Assembly (NCBI GenBank): GCA_963830915.1
Contig: CAWHOE010000064.1
Location: 96,001 to 160,000 of the forward strand
DNA length: 64,000 bases
From: a candidate division FCPU426 bacterium
GTDB taxonomy: Bacteria; Oederibacteriota; Muellerivitia; Muellerivitales; Muellerivitaceae
Direction: 5' to 3'
Part shown: piece after piece, positions 28,461 to 38,092 of the stretch
How the letters are laid out: each line of letters begins with the position of its first letter
Position numbering within the stretch: the first letter of the stretch is position 1
Made by a program: the position numbers and the translations under genes
Notes under the pieces: model-generated
What the model saw: only the letters and a program-made list of their open reading frames with translations
What the model was told of the DNA's origin: nothing
Databases searched by the model: none

Positions 28461-29315
28461 ATGATCCTGGTCATCGGCGGTACGGGGAAAATCGGTCGAG
28501 AAGTAGTGCAAAAACTGGCGCAAGCGAAAGCCAAGACCAGGGTCCTGGGCCGAAGCGCCCAGAAGCTCGATGAGGCCCGGTCGTTAGGGTTGGAGACAGC
28601 CCTGGGAGACTATCTGGATATCCCCTCGGTGGAAAAAGCCCTGGCAGGAGCGGACCATCTGTTCCTCCTGACGGTCGCCACGCCTTCCCAAGGCTCGGAG
28701 GATATCGCCGTAATGGATGCCGCGAAAAGATCCGGAGTGAAACACATCGTTTATCTTTCCGCCATCGGCGCCGATATCCATTCCCCCCTTACCCTGGGAC
28801 AACAGCACGGTAAGGCCGAGGAGCATTTGAAATCCATGGGCTTGGGTTACACCATCCTCCAGCCCCATTCCTTCATGCAGAACCTCCTGGGCCAGGCCGG
28901 TTCCATCAAGGCGCAGGGTTCGTTGTACGGTAATTTCAAGGATGGCAAGGTCGCCATGGTGGACGCCCGAGATATCGCCTCCGTCGCAGTGGCCTGTTTG
29001 ACCCAGCCAGGTCATGAGGGGAAGACCTACGCCATTACAGGCGGCGAGGCGCTCAGTTATGCCCAGGTCGCGGAGAAATTCTCGACCCATTTGGTCAAGA
29101 AGGTGGCCTATGTGGATGTACCCTCGGAAGGACTGGTGAAGTCCATGACCGGCATGGGTTTCCCCGAATGGCTGGCTGGGGACCTGGCCAAGCTGGGGGA
29201 GGTTTTCGCGGCGGGCCATGGTTCGACTGTCTCGGATGTGGTGGAAAAGGTCACCCATCAAAAACCTATTACCCTGGACCAATTCATCCAGGACAACCTT
29301 CCCGCCTTCCGATAA
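28461..29315 (+). CDS. NmrA-like/SDR NAD(P)H-binding oxidoreductase
   Basis: MILVIGGTGKIG Rossmann motif, VDARDIA; AAGGAG RBS. Confidence 0.9.
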   Translation: MILVIGGTGKIGREVVQKLAQAKAKTRVLGRSAQKLDEARSLGLETALGDYLDIPSVEKALAGADHLFLLTVATPSQGSEDIAVMDAAKRSGVKHIVYLSAIGADIHSPLTLGQQHGKAEEHLKSMGLGYTILQPHSFMQNLLGQAGSIKAQGSLYGNFKDGKVAMVDARDIASVAVACLTQPGHEGKTYAITGGEALSYAQVAEKFSTHLVKKVAYVDVPSEGLVKSMTGMGFPEWLAGDLAKLGEVFAAGHGSTVSDVVEKVTHQKPITLDQFIQDNLPAFR

Positions 29316-29426
29316 ACGAGGATCGGCCCGATCCCCGGACGATTTTTTGTTTTCCGGGGATTGAATCATCCCCTTCCCTCTTCCCATTATCCCCAAAAGG
29401 ACCTATAGGAATCGAAAGGGGCTTTC

Positions 29427-30464
29427 ATGGATCTATTCACTTTTCTCAGCGGCCGCACCTCCGCTTTATCACAGGAAACCCCTGGAAACGGCCCAAATAT
29501 CCCTGATACGGACTTGTTGGACGCCTATTCCCAGGCCGTCATCCGTTCCTCCCAAAGGGTCAGTCCCTCGGTGGTGAAGATCGATGTTTATTCTAAATCC
29601 GCTGGTGAGAGTTCTCCTCGTCCCGCTGGAAGCGGTTCCGGTTTTATATTCACGCCCGACGGTTTCATCCTGACCAACAGCCATGTGGTCCACAACGGCG
29701 GGGACCTGGAAGCGACCGATTCGGACGGCCAGGTCCGTAAGGCCAGGCTCATCGGCGACGATCCCGATACCGACCTGGCGGTCATCCGGGTGGACGCGGT
29801 CGGGCTGAAGCCGGCCGTCCTGGGTTCTTCACGTCATTTACAGGTCGGTCAATTGGTGGTGGCCATTGGCAATCCATTGGGATTCCAAACGACCGTCACA
29901 GCCGGCGTGGTCAGCGCCTTGGGCCGGTCCCTGAGGGCCCGGTCCGGGCGGCTCATGGACAACATCATCCAGACCGACGCGGCCCTGAACCCGGGCAACT
30001 CGGGTGGACCGCTGGTGGATTCGCGGGGCGAGGTGGTGGGCGTCAACACCGCCACCATCCTGTCAGCCCAGGGACTTTGTTTCGCCATCGCCATCGACAC
30101 GGCCAAAAGGGTCGCCAGCCAGTTGATCCGTCATGGGAAAGTACGGCGCAGTTATATCGGCATCGGCGGCCAGAACATCGACCTATCCCGCCGGCTGACA
30201 CGCCACTTCGACCTGTCCGTCGGAAAGGGTGTGCTGGTAACCGCCGTGGAGGAAGGAAGCCCGGCCAAGGGCGCGGACCTTCGGGAGGGGGACGTCATCG
30301 TGGGGTTCGAGGGTTCGCCCGTGGAGACCCTGGATGACCTGCACCGTCTGCTGGGCGAGGAAAAAGTCGGGGCCGCGTCGGTCTTGATGGTCATCCGCCG
30401 TTCGGAAAAACTTTACCTGAGGATCATCCCGGCGGAACGGCGGCCCCAGGAGTTGCCCCAATAA
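29427..30464 (+). CDS. HtrA/DegP-type trypsin-like serine protease with PDZ domain
   Basis: GSGF, TNSHV, DLAV, GNSGGPL, C-terminal PDZ. Confidence 0.93.
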   Translation: MDLFTFLSGRTSALSQETPGNGPNIPDTDLLDAYSQAVIRSSQRVSPSVVKIDVYSKSAGESSPRPAGSGSGFIFTPDGFILTNSHVVHNGGDLEATDSDGQVRKARLIGDDPDTDLAVIRVDAVGLKPAVLGSSRHLQVGQLVVAIGNPLGFQTTVTAGVVSALGRSLRARSGRLMDNIIQTDAALNPGNSGGPLVDSRGEVVGVNTATILSAQGLCFAIAIDTAKRVASQLIRHGKVRRSYIGIGGQNIDLSRRLTRHFDLSVGKGVLVTAVEEGSPAKGADLREGDVIVGFEGSPVETLDDLHRLLGEEKVGAASVLMVIRRSEKLYLRIIPAERRPQELPQ

Positions 30465-30499
30465 AAAAAGCCCCGCCCCCGCGTGGGGACAGGGCTTTC
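30464..30499. terminator. Bidirectional terminator
   Basis: AAAAAAAGCCCCGCCCCC-GCGT-GGGGACAGGGCTTT between convergent genes. Confidence 0.75.
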
Positions 30500-30516
30500 G
30501 TTCTTCTTGTAAGATC

Positions 30517-30912
30517 TTAAGCGCTCAAAGCTTCGGCTTTTTCCAGCGGTTGATCTTTCTGGATGTCCTCTCCCTCTGTCAAGGTCAGTTCCTTGCCGAC
30601 TTCGGCGATGGCCTTGAGGATGGGTCCCAGTTGTTTTCCCAGATCGGTGAGGGCGTATTCGACGGTGGGTGGTGATGTGTGCATGACGGTCCTGGTGATC
30701 ACCCCGCGATTTTCCAACTCGCGCAAACGGGTGGTCAAGACTTTCGCCGAGATCCTTCCCAGGTCCCTTTTCAGGTCCCCGAATCTCCTGGCTTCAGATT
30801 GAAGATACCAAAGGATCTTGGGGGTCCAGGCACCCGCCAAGAGTTTGAGACTTTCTTCTAAGGGACAGCCCTTTGGAACCGGCCCTGACTTATTAGCTCG
30901 ATGTGTTATCAT
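30517..30912 (-). CDS. HxlR family winged-helix regulator
   Basis: GCPLE, W.PKIL, RFGDL, ISAKVLTTRLRELE, PPTVEYALT. Confidence 0.92.
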   Translation of the reverse strand: MITHRANKSGPVPKGCPLEESLKLLAGAWTPKILWYLQSEARRFGDLKRDLGRISAKVLTTRLRELENRGVITRTVMHTSPPTVEYALTDLGKQLGPILKAIAEVGKELTLTEGEDIQKDQPLEKAEALSA

Positions 30913-30956
30913 CGCTTTCCTCCCCTTTGAAATCGATGCAAGGCTAGACATAACAC

Positions 30957-30974
30957 GGTTACTTTGACGTAACC
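30957..30974. promoter_or_regulatory. Palindromic operator candidate GGTTAC-N6-GTAACC
   Basis: Between divergent HxlR and YceI genes. Confidence 0.5.
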
Positions 30975-31179
30975 AAAATTTTATTGGTTTCCCTTCGGCA
31001 CCTACTTTCTTTTAGTAATCAACATGACTATATATAAGTCCAAGTTGTTTGGAAAATCAACCCTGTGGGCTTAGGTCTTTCGTCATAACAAAGACGGTAA
31101 CAGGGGACTAAAAATCCGGTTTAAAACCCCGCATTTAAGGGTTTTCAACCATTCAAGATTAAGAAAGGATGAATAAGAC

Positions 31180-31860
31180 ATGAAGAAACTTTCGGTCTTT
31201 TTTGCGGTCGCCGCTCTTTTGTTGGCTTCCACGGCGAAAGCCACGGAATATGGTTTTGACAAAGCTCATTCCCACATCGGATTCTCGGTGAAACATATCC
31301 TCAGTAAGGTTCCGGGAGAGTTCAAGGATTACGATGGGACATTCAGTTTCGACCCGGCCAATCCTGAGAATGGCAAGGTCAATGTCACCATCCAGACCGC
31401 CAGCATCAGCACGGATAACGAGATGCGGGACCATCACCTGCAATCGCCCGATTTTTTTGACGCAGCCAAGTTCCCGACCTTGACTTTCGTCAGCACCAAG
31501 GTCAGCAAAGGGGATGGGGATAATCAATACAAGGTCGAAGGAGACCTGACCATTCACGGGGTCACCAAATCGGTCGTGTTGAACGTTGATTATCTTGGGG
31601 CCGATACCATGCCCATGGGCAAGGACGGTAAGATGACCGCCAATATCGTGGGTTTTTCCGCCACCACCAAGATCGACCGCAGGGATTACGGTTTGACTTT
31701 CAACAAAACCCTCGCCAGCGGTAACCTGATGGTCAGCAATGACGTGGATATCACCCTGGATATCGCCGGGATGGACAAAGCCAGCTTGGACAAGATGATG
31801 AAAATGATGAAAGCTAGCGCCCCAGCCAAGAAGGATGAGAAGGCCGACGACAAGAAATAA
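31180..31860 (+). CDS. YceI family protein
   Basis: Signal peptide, DKAHS.IGF, RDHHL.SPDFFD, GDLTIHGVTK. Confidence 0.93.
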   Translation: MKKLSVFFAVAALLLASTAKATEYGFDKAHSHIGFSVKHILSKVPGEFKDYDGTFSFDPANPENGKVNVTIQTASISTDNEMRDHHLQSPDFFDAAKFPTLTFVSTKVSKGDGDNQYKVEGDLTIHGVTKSVVLNVDYLGADTMPMGKDGKMTANIVGFSATTKIDRRDYGLTFNKTLASGNLMVSNDVDITLDIAGMDKASLDKMMKMMKASAPAKKDEKADDKK

Positions 31861-31876
31861 GGATAAAACAGGGAAA

Positions 31877-31909
31877 AGGGCCGGAGCGAAAGCTTCGGTC
31901 CTTTTTTTT
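31877..31909 (+). terminator. Intrinsic terminator
   Basis: GGGCCGGAGC-GAAA-GCTTCGGTCC followed by T8. Confidence 0.85.
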
Positions 31910-31995
31910 GCCCCGGGCGTGACTTCCCGGTGTCTTTACTACCCGAATCATGCCAATGCTAGTAAAATAGTCCTGGTGAGTAAAAGGGAGGAAGT

Positions 31996-32211
31996 ATGGA
32001 TAACTTCGAGTATGAGCCGAATGACGAGGTGTTCAATATCTTGACCCGCAAGGTGGGCAGCGTCCTGAATGTCAAAGAGATCGGTTCCCACATTTCCTCG
32101 CAGAAAAGGTACGTTCGGGTCTTCATCGGTTCCGATTTCCCCGACGAGATCTGGGCCACTGACGAGATCGCTCTTTGGGTGCGCCCCAAGAAAATGATGC
32201 AGAACCGCTGA
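31996..32211 (+). CDS. Hypothetical protein (71 aa)
   Basis: GGGAGG RBS; followed closely by the next gene. Confidence 0.7.
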   Translation: MDNFEYEPNDEVFNILTRKVGSVLNVKEIGSHISSQKRYVRVFIGSDFPDEIWATDEIALWVRPKKMMQNR

Positions 32212-32215
32212 CCGG

Positions 32216-32902
32216 ATGGGTAAAAGCTACTTCACCCCAGCCGTCTTCAAGTTCCTGAAAGAACTGAAGAAGAACAATAACCGCCCCTGGTTCCAAGCCA
32301 ACAAGGAACGCTACGAGAAGATCGTCCGCAACCCGTTGCTCGATTTCATCGGGGACCTGGGTCCGCACCTTCGCAAGATCAGTCCCCATATCGTCGTGGA
32401 CAACAGCCCTTCAGGCGGGTCCATGTTCCGCATCTACCGGGACACCCGTTTCGCCAAGGACAAGACCCCCTATAAGACCCACGTCGCGGCGCAATTCCGC
32501 ACCAACCGCAGCAAGGATGTCCACTCCCCGGGCTACTACCTGCATCTGGCGCCCGGCGAGGTTTACGCCGGAGGCGGCATCTGGCACCCTGAGGCCCCCG
32601 TCCTGGCCCAGATCCGCGACCACCTGGCCAGCCACCCGGCCGCCTGGAAAGCCATCCTGAAGGACAAGACCTTCAACCGGCTTTGTTCCCTGGAAGGGGA
32701 AAAGCTACAGCGCCCTCCCAAGGGTTATCCTCCCGACCACGAGCTGATCGAATACTTGAAGTACAAGGATTTCATCTTCTTCACCCAGTTCGGCGAAAGG
32801 GACGCCTGCGCCCCGGACTTCATGGAAAGGTACGTGGCCTGCTGCGCAGCCGCCGCTCCCGTGATGAAATTCCTGGCCGACGCCTTGAACCAACCCTGGT
32901 AA
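32216..32902 (+). CDS. DUF2461 family protein
   Basis: NNNRPWF..NK..Y, FRIYRDTRFAKDKTPYK. Confidence 0.92.
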   Translation: MGKSYFTPAVFKFLKELKKNNNRPWFQANKERYEKIVRNPLLDFIGDLGPHLRKISPHIVVDNSPSGGSMFRIYRDTRFAKDKTPYKTHVAAQFRTNRSKDVHSPGYYLHLAPGEVYAGGGIWHPEAPVLAQIRDHLASHPAAWKAILKDKTFNRLCSLEGEKLQRPPKGYPPDHELIEYLKYKDFIFFTQFGERDACAPDFMERYVACCAAAAPVMKFLADALNQPW

Positions 32903-32972
32903 CCCTCCGGTCCTGACCCTCTCCTTGTCCCATTTCGAAAGCTGTCTTTAAAACAATCTTCTGGAGCCATTC

Positions 32973-33984
32973 GTGAGCAAGCCTAAAAGAAATTTACCCG
33001 AACCCTTCCTCAACAAGCTCCGCCAGGTCCTGCCGACGAACTATTGGGACAAGGCGCTCAAGACCTTCTCCCAGGAAAAACCGACGACCTTCCGGGTCAA
33101 CACGTTGAAGCTCTCCCCCTCTCAAGTACGACAGGAGTTGGAACCCCTGGGTCTCAAGATCGAGAGCGTGCCCTGGTACCGGGACGCCTTCATCCTGCGC
33201 AAAGGCCGCCAGAGGGACCTGGAGGACGCCGATTGTTACGGCAAGGGGGGTATCTATATACAGGGTCTTTCCAGCATGATCCCTCCCCTTGTCCTCCAAC
33301 CCCAGCCGGGGGAAGAGGTCCTGGACCTGACCGCCGCGCCCGGCAGCAAGACCACCCAATCGGGCCGTCCTGATGAGGAACGAGGGATTCATCACCGCCA
33401 ATGACGAGAACTCCGTAAGGCTGGAAAAACTGAAGGCTAACGCCGAAAAACAGGGCGTCAAGAACCTCGAACTCCTGCCCGCGGGCGACGGGGGAATGGT
33501 CTGGAAGGAACATTACGAAAGGTTCGACCGGGTGTTATTGGACGCGCCCTGCAGTTCGGAAGGTCGGTTCCTCCTGGACACCCCATCCACCTTCGGTTAT
33601 TGGAAAGAGGACACCAACCGTAAAATGGCGAAGGAACAGCGGCGGCTTTTCAAGTCCGCCTACCTTTCCCTGAAACCCGGCGGAACCATGGTCTATTCCA
33701 CTTGTACTTTCGCACCCGAGGAGAACGAGGGGGTCCTTCAATGGGCTGTGGAGACCTATCCTGATACCTTGGAATTGGAGGACATATCCGTTACCCTTCC
33801 TTACCACAGCCGGGGATTGACTTCCTGGGGGGGCGTGAAATTCCATCCCTCGGTGGCCAAGTCGGTCCGGATCCTGCCCGGACCCGACATCGAGGGTTTT
33901 TTTGTGGCTCGTTTGCGCAAGACCAAAAGCCAGCCCAAGCCGGTGAATGAATTCGAAATGAATGAGAAAACCAAAGGAGATTGA
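32973..33984 (+). CDS. rsmF: RsmB/RsmF (NOL1/NOP2) RNA m5C methyltransferase, split by a frameshift near 33360
   Basis: RVNTLK and LDLTAAPGSKTTQ in the first frame; LLDAPCS.EG and YSTCT..PEENE in the second. Confidence 0.85.
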
Positions 33985-33986
33985 CC

Positions 33987-34448
33987 ATGGGGACAAGACG
34001 CGAACTAAGGTTCAAGACATTGGCCGATGCCAGGGCCGAGCTGGACCGCCTGGAGAAGGGTCCGGTCGCCACGACCGGCAATTGGTCCTATTACCAAATC
34101 CTCACCCACCTGGAAAAGGGGTCCAAATCCAGCATGACCGCATTCCCGACCTTAAAGGGCTGGTGGCTGCGCCGGTTGATCGGACCCATCGGTTTAAAAA
34201 AAGTATTCAAACAAGGTTTCATCCCGCCGGGGGTTGGGGCGAAAAAAGGCGCGAAGGTCGAGCGGGTTGAGGGGGACGAGAAAACCGCTTTGGCGTCGTT
34301 GCGCAAGACCTTGGACGCCTTCGAGAAACATGAGGGACCCTGGGCCGAGCATCCCTTCTTCGGAAAGATGGACAAGCAGAAGTGGACCACCTTGACCACC
34401 CTGCATCTGGCCAATCATCTGGGCTGGGCCAAGCTCAGGGACGAATAG
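33987..34448 (+). CDS. DUF1569 (DinB-like) protein
   Basis: GNWS..QILTH, HPFFGKM...W....HL..HL. Confidence 0.85.
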   Translation: MGTRRELRFKTLADARAELDRLEKGPVATTGNWSYYQILTHLEKGSKSSMTAFPTLKGWWLRRLIGPIGLKKVFKQGFIPPGVGAKKGAKVERVEGDEKTALASLRKTLDAFEKHEGPWAEHPFFGKMDKQKWTTLTTLHLANHLGWAKLRDE

Positions 34449-35411
34449 CCTTTTCCCCATCTGGTTTCCGGAACATCTGCCATAGCTCCCTGCGCCCGAA
34501 GATGCCTTTGGGCCTGAGCAGCATCATGAGGATCAACAGGAGCGAGTAGATCACCATGCGCAGGTCCACGCCCGTCCATTGCTGAAGGGGCCGCAAAGCC
34601 TCCGGCAGGAAGGTCAGGATGAAGGCCGCCAGGATGGACCCGGACACAGACCCCATCCCTCCCAGCACCACCATGATGACGATCTCCACCGATTTCATGA
34701 AATCGAACGAGCTGGGGTTGATGAAGGAAAGGTAATGGGCGAATAACCCGCCGGCCACACCCGCCACCGCCGAGGACACCACAAAGGCCTGCACCTTGTA
34801 ATGGGTCGTATTGACCCCCATAGCCTCCGCCGCGATCTCATTCTCCCGGATAGCCAAAAGTGCCCGCCGTGGGTGGAAAGGATGAACCGGTGGGTCGCAA
34901 GGACGCAGGCCGCCAGGACAAAGGCCACCAGAAAGGCTGTGGTGGTATTGGGGATGCCGATGAAACCCCTCGCTCCCCCGACCGCCTGGATGTTCAGGAT
35001 GACCACCCGGATGATCTCCCCAAAACCCAGGGTCACGATGGCCAGATAATCTCCCTTCAGGCGCAAGGACGGCAATCCCACCAAATAGCCCACCAAACCG
35101 CTGGCGAAAGCGGCCGCCAACAGGGAGATGATCAGAGCGGCCTGATCGCCCAGGAAAGTCCCATGCATGGGCCCCATAAGGAAAACATCCACTGAGGCGG
35201 AAGTATAGGCCCCGACCGCCATGAACCCCGCGTGGCCCAGGGAAAATTGGCCTGAGAGTCCGTTCACCAGGTTCAGGGAAACGGCTAGGATGGCGTTGAT
35301 GAGGGCGAAAATGAAAAGCTCCGTGAAGTAGGGTGGAAGAAGAATGGCGGCCAATTGCGCTAAACCCGCCACTCCCAGTAGGATCAATGAACCGTTCAGG
35401 TTCGACTTCAT
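34435..35411 (-). CDS. livM: Branched-chain amino acid ABC permease LivM, split by a 1-nt frameshift near 34865
   Basis: GQFSLGHAGF and LRLKGDYLAIVTLGFGEI, then AIRENE.AA.AMG and VVLGGMGS; adding one C restores THGRALLAIREN. Confidence 0.9.
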
Positions 35412-35460
35412 GCTGTTTCCCCCTAATTTTTCAATACCACAAAAACATAAACAAAAAATT

Positions 35461-35524
35461 ACCACAGAGGCACAGAGAAGCGGCTAAATCTGATTTAATA
35501 AATTTTAAGCTGTGCCTCTGTGGT
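35461..35524. repeat. CCAC...GTGG periodic-arm palindrome, copy 4 (CACAGAG, 8-nt period)
   Basis: ACCACAGAGGCACAGAG ... CTGTGCCTCTGTGGT. Confidence 0.8.
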
Positions 35525-35549
35525 GAAATCTTTCTTTGTTGTCACCTAT

Positions 35550-35855
35550 TCAAACAACCCGGTTATAACCGCCCAAAATGGTCGAATTGAGAACGGACGG
35601 TTTAAAGAACTTGTCCCGGACCTGTTTGTAGTCGGGGTCGGCGAAGAAAGCGTCATGGGCTTCCTTATCCTTGAAGGACAGGAAGAAAACCCGGTTGATC
35701 GGAGCGGGGGTCTCGGACTTCAGGACTTCGCAGACCTTGAAGTCATACCGGAAAGTCCCGCCGTGCTTGACCAGGATCGGCGTCATGGCCTCCCGGTACT
35801 GCTGGTACAAGGCCTCATTGCCGATCTCCAACCCGACGCATCTTTCGAATGACAT
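35550..35855 (-). CDS. DUF1330 domain protein
   Basis: YQQYREAMTPIL.KHGG, AFFADPDY. Confidence 0.85.
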   Translation of the reverse strand: MSFERCVGLEIGNEALYQQYREAMTPILVKHGGTFRYDFKVCEVLKSETPAPINRVFFLSFKDKEAHDAFFADPDYKQVRDKFFKPSVLNSTILGGYNRVV

Positions 35856-35868
35856 GGTATTTCCTCTG

Positions 35869-36771
35869 TTAGACTTTTTCCGGCTGGTATTTGCCGAAGA
35901 TGCCGGCCGGTTTGAACACCAAAATGAGGATGAGGATGGCGAAAGCCAGGGCGTCCCGGTATGTGGAGCCCCCGTAACCCGCCACCATGGATTCAGCGAT
36001 GCCCATCACGAACCCTCCCACGACCGCGCCCCGGATGCTCCCGATGCCTCCCAGGACCGCCGCCACGAACGCCTTGATGCCGATCATGACCCCCATCAAG
36101 GGGTCCACCCGGGGATAGGAAATACCCACCAGGATGCCCGCCGCGGCCGCCAGGGCCGAACCGATGACGAAGGTGATGGAAACGATTCGCCCGGTCGGGA
36201 TGCCCACCAGCGAGGCGATCTCGTGGGAGTGGGAGACGGCCCTCATGGCCCGGCCCAGCTTGGTCTTCAGCACGATCCATTCCAGGGCGATCATCAAGCA
36301 TAGGGCTGTCACGAAAACGGTCACCTGCTGGTTGGTGACGGCCACCTGCCCCGATTGGAAAAGGACCTGCTGGGGCATGATCTCGGGGAAGACCCGGGGC
36401 GTGGCCCCGAAGACCACCTGACCCAGGTTTTCCAAAAGGAGGGAAACACCCACCGCTGTGATGAGCAGATTCAGCCGGGGAACGTGCATCAGGGGACGAT
36501 AGGCAAGCCTTTCGATCAGGTAGCCCAGGAGCCCGGCGACCGCCATGGCGGCGAACATCACGACGAGAAAATGGCCGAAGGTGGGGTTCTGCCCGGCACC
36601 AATGGCCGTGGCCGTGAACAACCCGGCGTAGGCGCCCACCATGACGATGTCCCCATGGGCGAAATTGATGAGCTTCAGGATGCCGTACACCATGGTATAG
36701 CCCAGGGCGATGAGGGCGTAGATGGATCCTAGGGCCGCGCCATTGAGCAATAGTTGAAAGAAGCCTTCCAT
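35869..36771 (-). CDS. livH: Branched-chain amino acid ABC permease LivH
   Basis: GSIYALIALGYTMVYG..LINFAHG, KAFVAAVLGGIG. Confidence 0.95.
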   Translation of the reverse strand: MEGFFQLLLNGAALGSIYALIALGYTMVYGILKLINFAHGDIVMVGAYAGLFTATAIGAGQNPTFGHFLVVMFAAMAVAGLLGYLIERLAYRPLMHVPRLNLLITAVGVSLLLENLGQVVFGATPRVFPEIMPQQVLFQSGQVAVTNQQVTVFVTALCLMIALEWIVLKTKLGRAMRAVSHSHEIASLVGIPTGRIVSITFVIGSALAAAAGILVGISYPRVDPLMGVMIGIKAFVAAVLGGIGSIRGAVVGGFVMGIAESMVAGYGGSTYRDALAFAILILILVFKPAGIFGKYQPEKV

Positions 36772-36865
36772 GTTTTTCCTTCTGGGTGGAACGTCGTGTT
36801 GAAATTTTACAGTCGAACCAATCTACACTAAATAGAAAAACAATGGATTTTCAACGGGTCGGCCC

Positions 36866-38089
36866 TTGACAACGTCCGTTCTAGATCGAATAGTGGAAGA
36901 AAGACCTGCCGGAGGTATTTTTTTGGCGTCCAAACGAACCGTACTGATCGTCAATCTGGTCCTGAGCCTGTTCTTCCTGATGAACGCCACGGCCATCACG
37001 ACCGGCCTGACCCTCTATCCCAGCCTTTGGCGCTATGTCTTGCTCGCCGCCGTCCTGGGCAACCTGCTTTGGCTTCTCGTGCCGCTCATCTTCAAGCGTC
37101 ATTCCTCCTCCTTCTTCCGGGTGAGCCGGGCGATCTTGGCGCCCTTCTGGGTGCTTTGGAACTTCTTCATCTTCCTCTATACCATCCTGATCCTGTCGCT
37201 TGGCGCCCTTTGGCTGGTCACCTTCAAGTGGGGAGGAACCCCCTTCCCTCTCTTCGTGCGTTATCCCTCGGACGTCTTCTTTGGGATCATCACCTTCATT
37301 TGTTTGGTGGGCCTCATCCAATGCCTGTTCTTCGTGAAGCTGGAACGGGTTCCTGTCCGTATCCCCAACCTCCCCGTTGAGTTCGTGGGTTTCAAGATCG
37401 CCATGGTGTCCGACCTGCACGTGGGCCACTTCACCCGATTGTCCCGCCTGCGCCAATTCAGCCGGGTGGCGCGGGAAGCCCAGCCCGACCTTTTCTTCGT
37501 TTGCGGGGACATCACCGACGACGACCCCCATTACCTGCGCAAGTTCCTCCTGGGGCTGGACCCTCTGGACCCGTCCCTGCCTCTTGTGGGCGTGTTGGGC
37601 AACCACGATGTCTACGCCGACCCGGAAAAGACCCTGAGGATGCTGAAACATTCCCATGTGAGGATGCTGGTGAACGAGGGGTTCGAGATCAAGCGGGGCA
37701 AGGCTTCCCTTTGGATCGCTGGCGTGGGCGACCAAGGGGCCCGGCGGTTCGGCAAGTGGGGTTCGGTGGCTCCTGATTTCGACAAGGCCCTGGCGGGCAA
37801 ACCCCAGAACGCCGTGACCATCCTGATGGCCCACCAACCCCAGGGTTTCCTGGAGTCGGCCAAGCGGGGCGTGGAGTTGACCTTGAGCGGCCATACTCAC
37901 GGCGGTCAGTTCGGCTTCAAGTCCCTCAAATGGTCCTTGGCCAAACTTTTCTTGAGATTCCACATGGGTCTTTTTCAACAAGGGAAAAGCCAGCTCTATG
38001 TAACGCCCGGCACGGGCTATTGGGGCTTGCCGGTGAGGTTCGGCCTCTCGCCCGAGGTGACCTTGATCGAGCTTCGTCCCTCGGCTTAA
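36866..38089 (+). CDS. Membrane-anchored metallophosphoesterase (YkuE/YaeI-like)
   Basis: N-terminal TMs; SDLH, GD, GNHD, AHQP, SGHTHGGQ. Confidence 0.92.
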   Translation: MTTSVLDRIVEERPAGGIFLASKRTVLIVNLVLSLFFLMNATAITTGLTLYPSLWRYVLLAAVLGNLLWLLVPLIFKRHSSSFFRVSRAILAPFWVLWNFFIFLYTILILSLGALWLVTFKWGGTPFPLFVRYPSDVFFGIITFICLVGLIQCLFFVKLERVPVRIPNLPVEFVGFKIAMVSDLHVGHFTRLSRLRQFSRVAREAQPDLFFVCGDITDDDPHYLRKFLLGLDPLDPSLPLVGVLGNHDVYADPEKTLRMLKHSHVRMLVNEGFEIKRGKASLWIAGVGDQGARRFGKWGSVAPDFDKALAGKPQNAVTILMAHQPQGFLESAKRGVELTLSGHTHGGQFGFKSLKWSLAKLFLRFHMGLFQQGKSQLYVTPGTGYWGLPVRFGLSPEVTLIELRPSA

Positions 38090-38092
38090 GGA

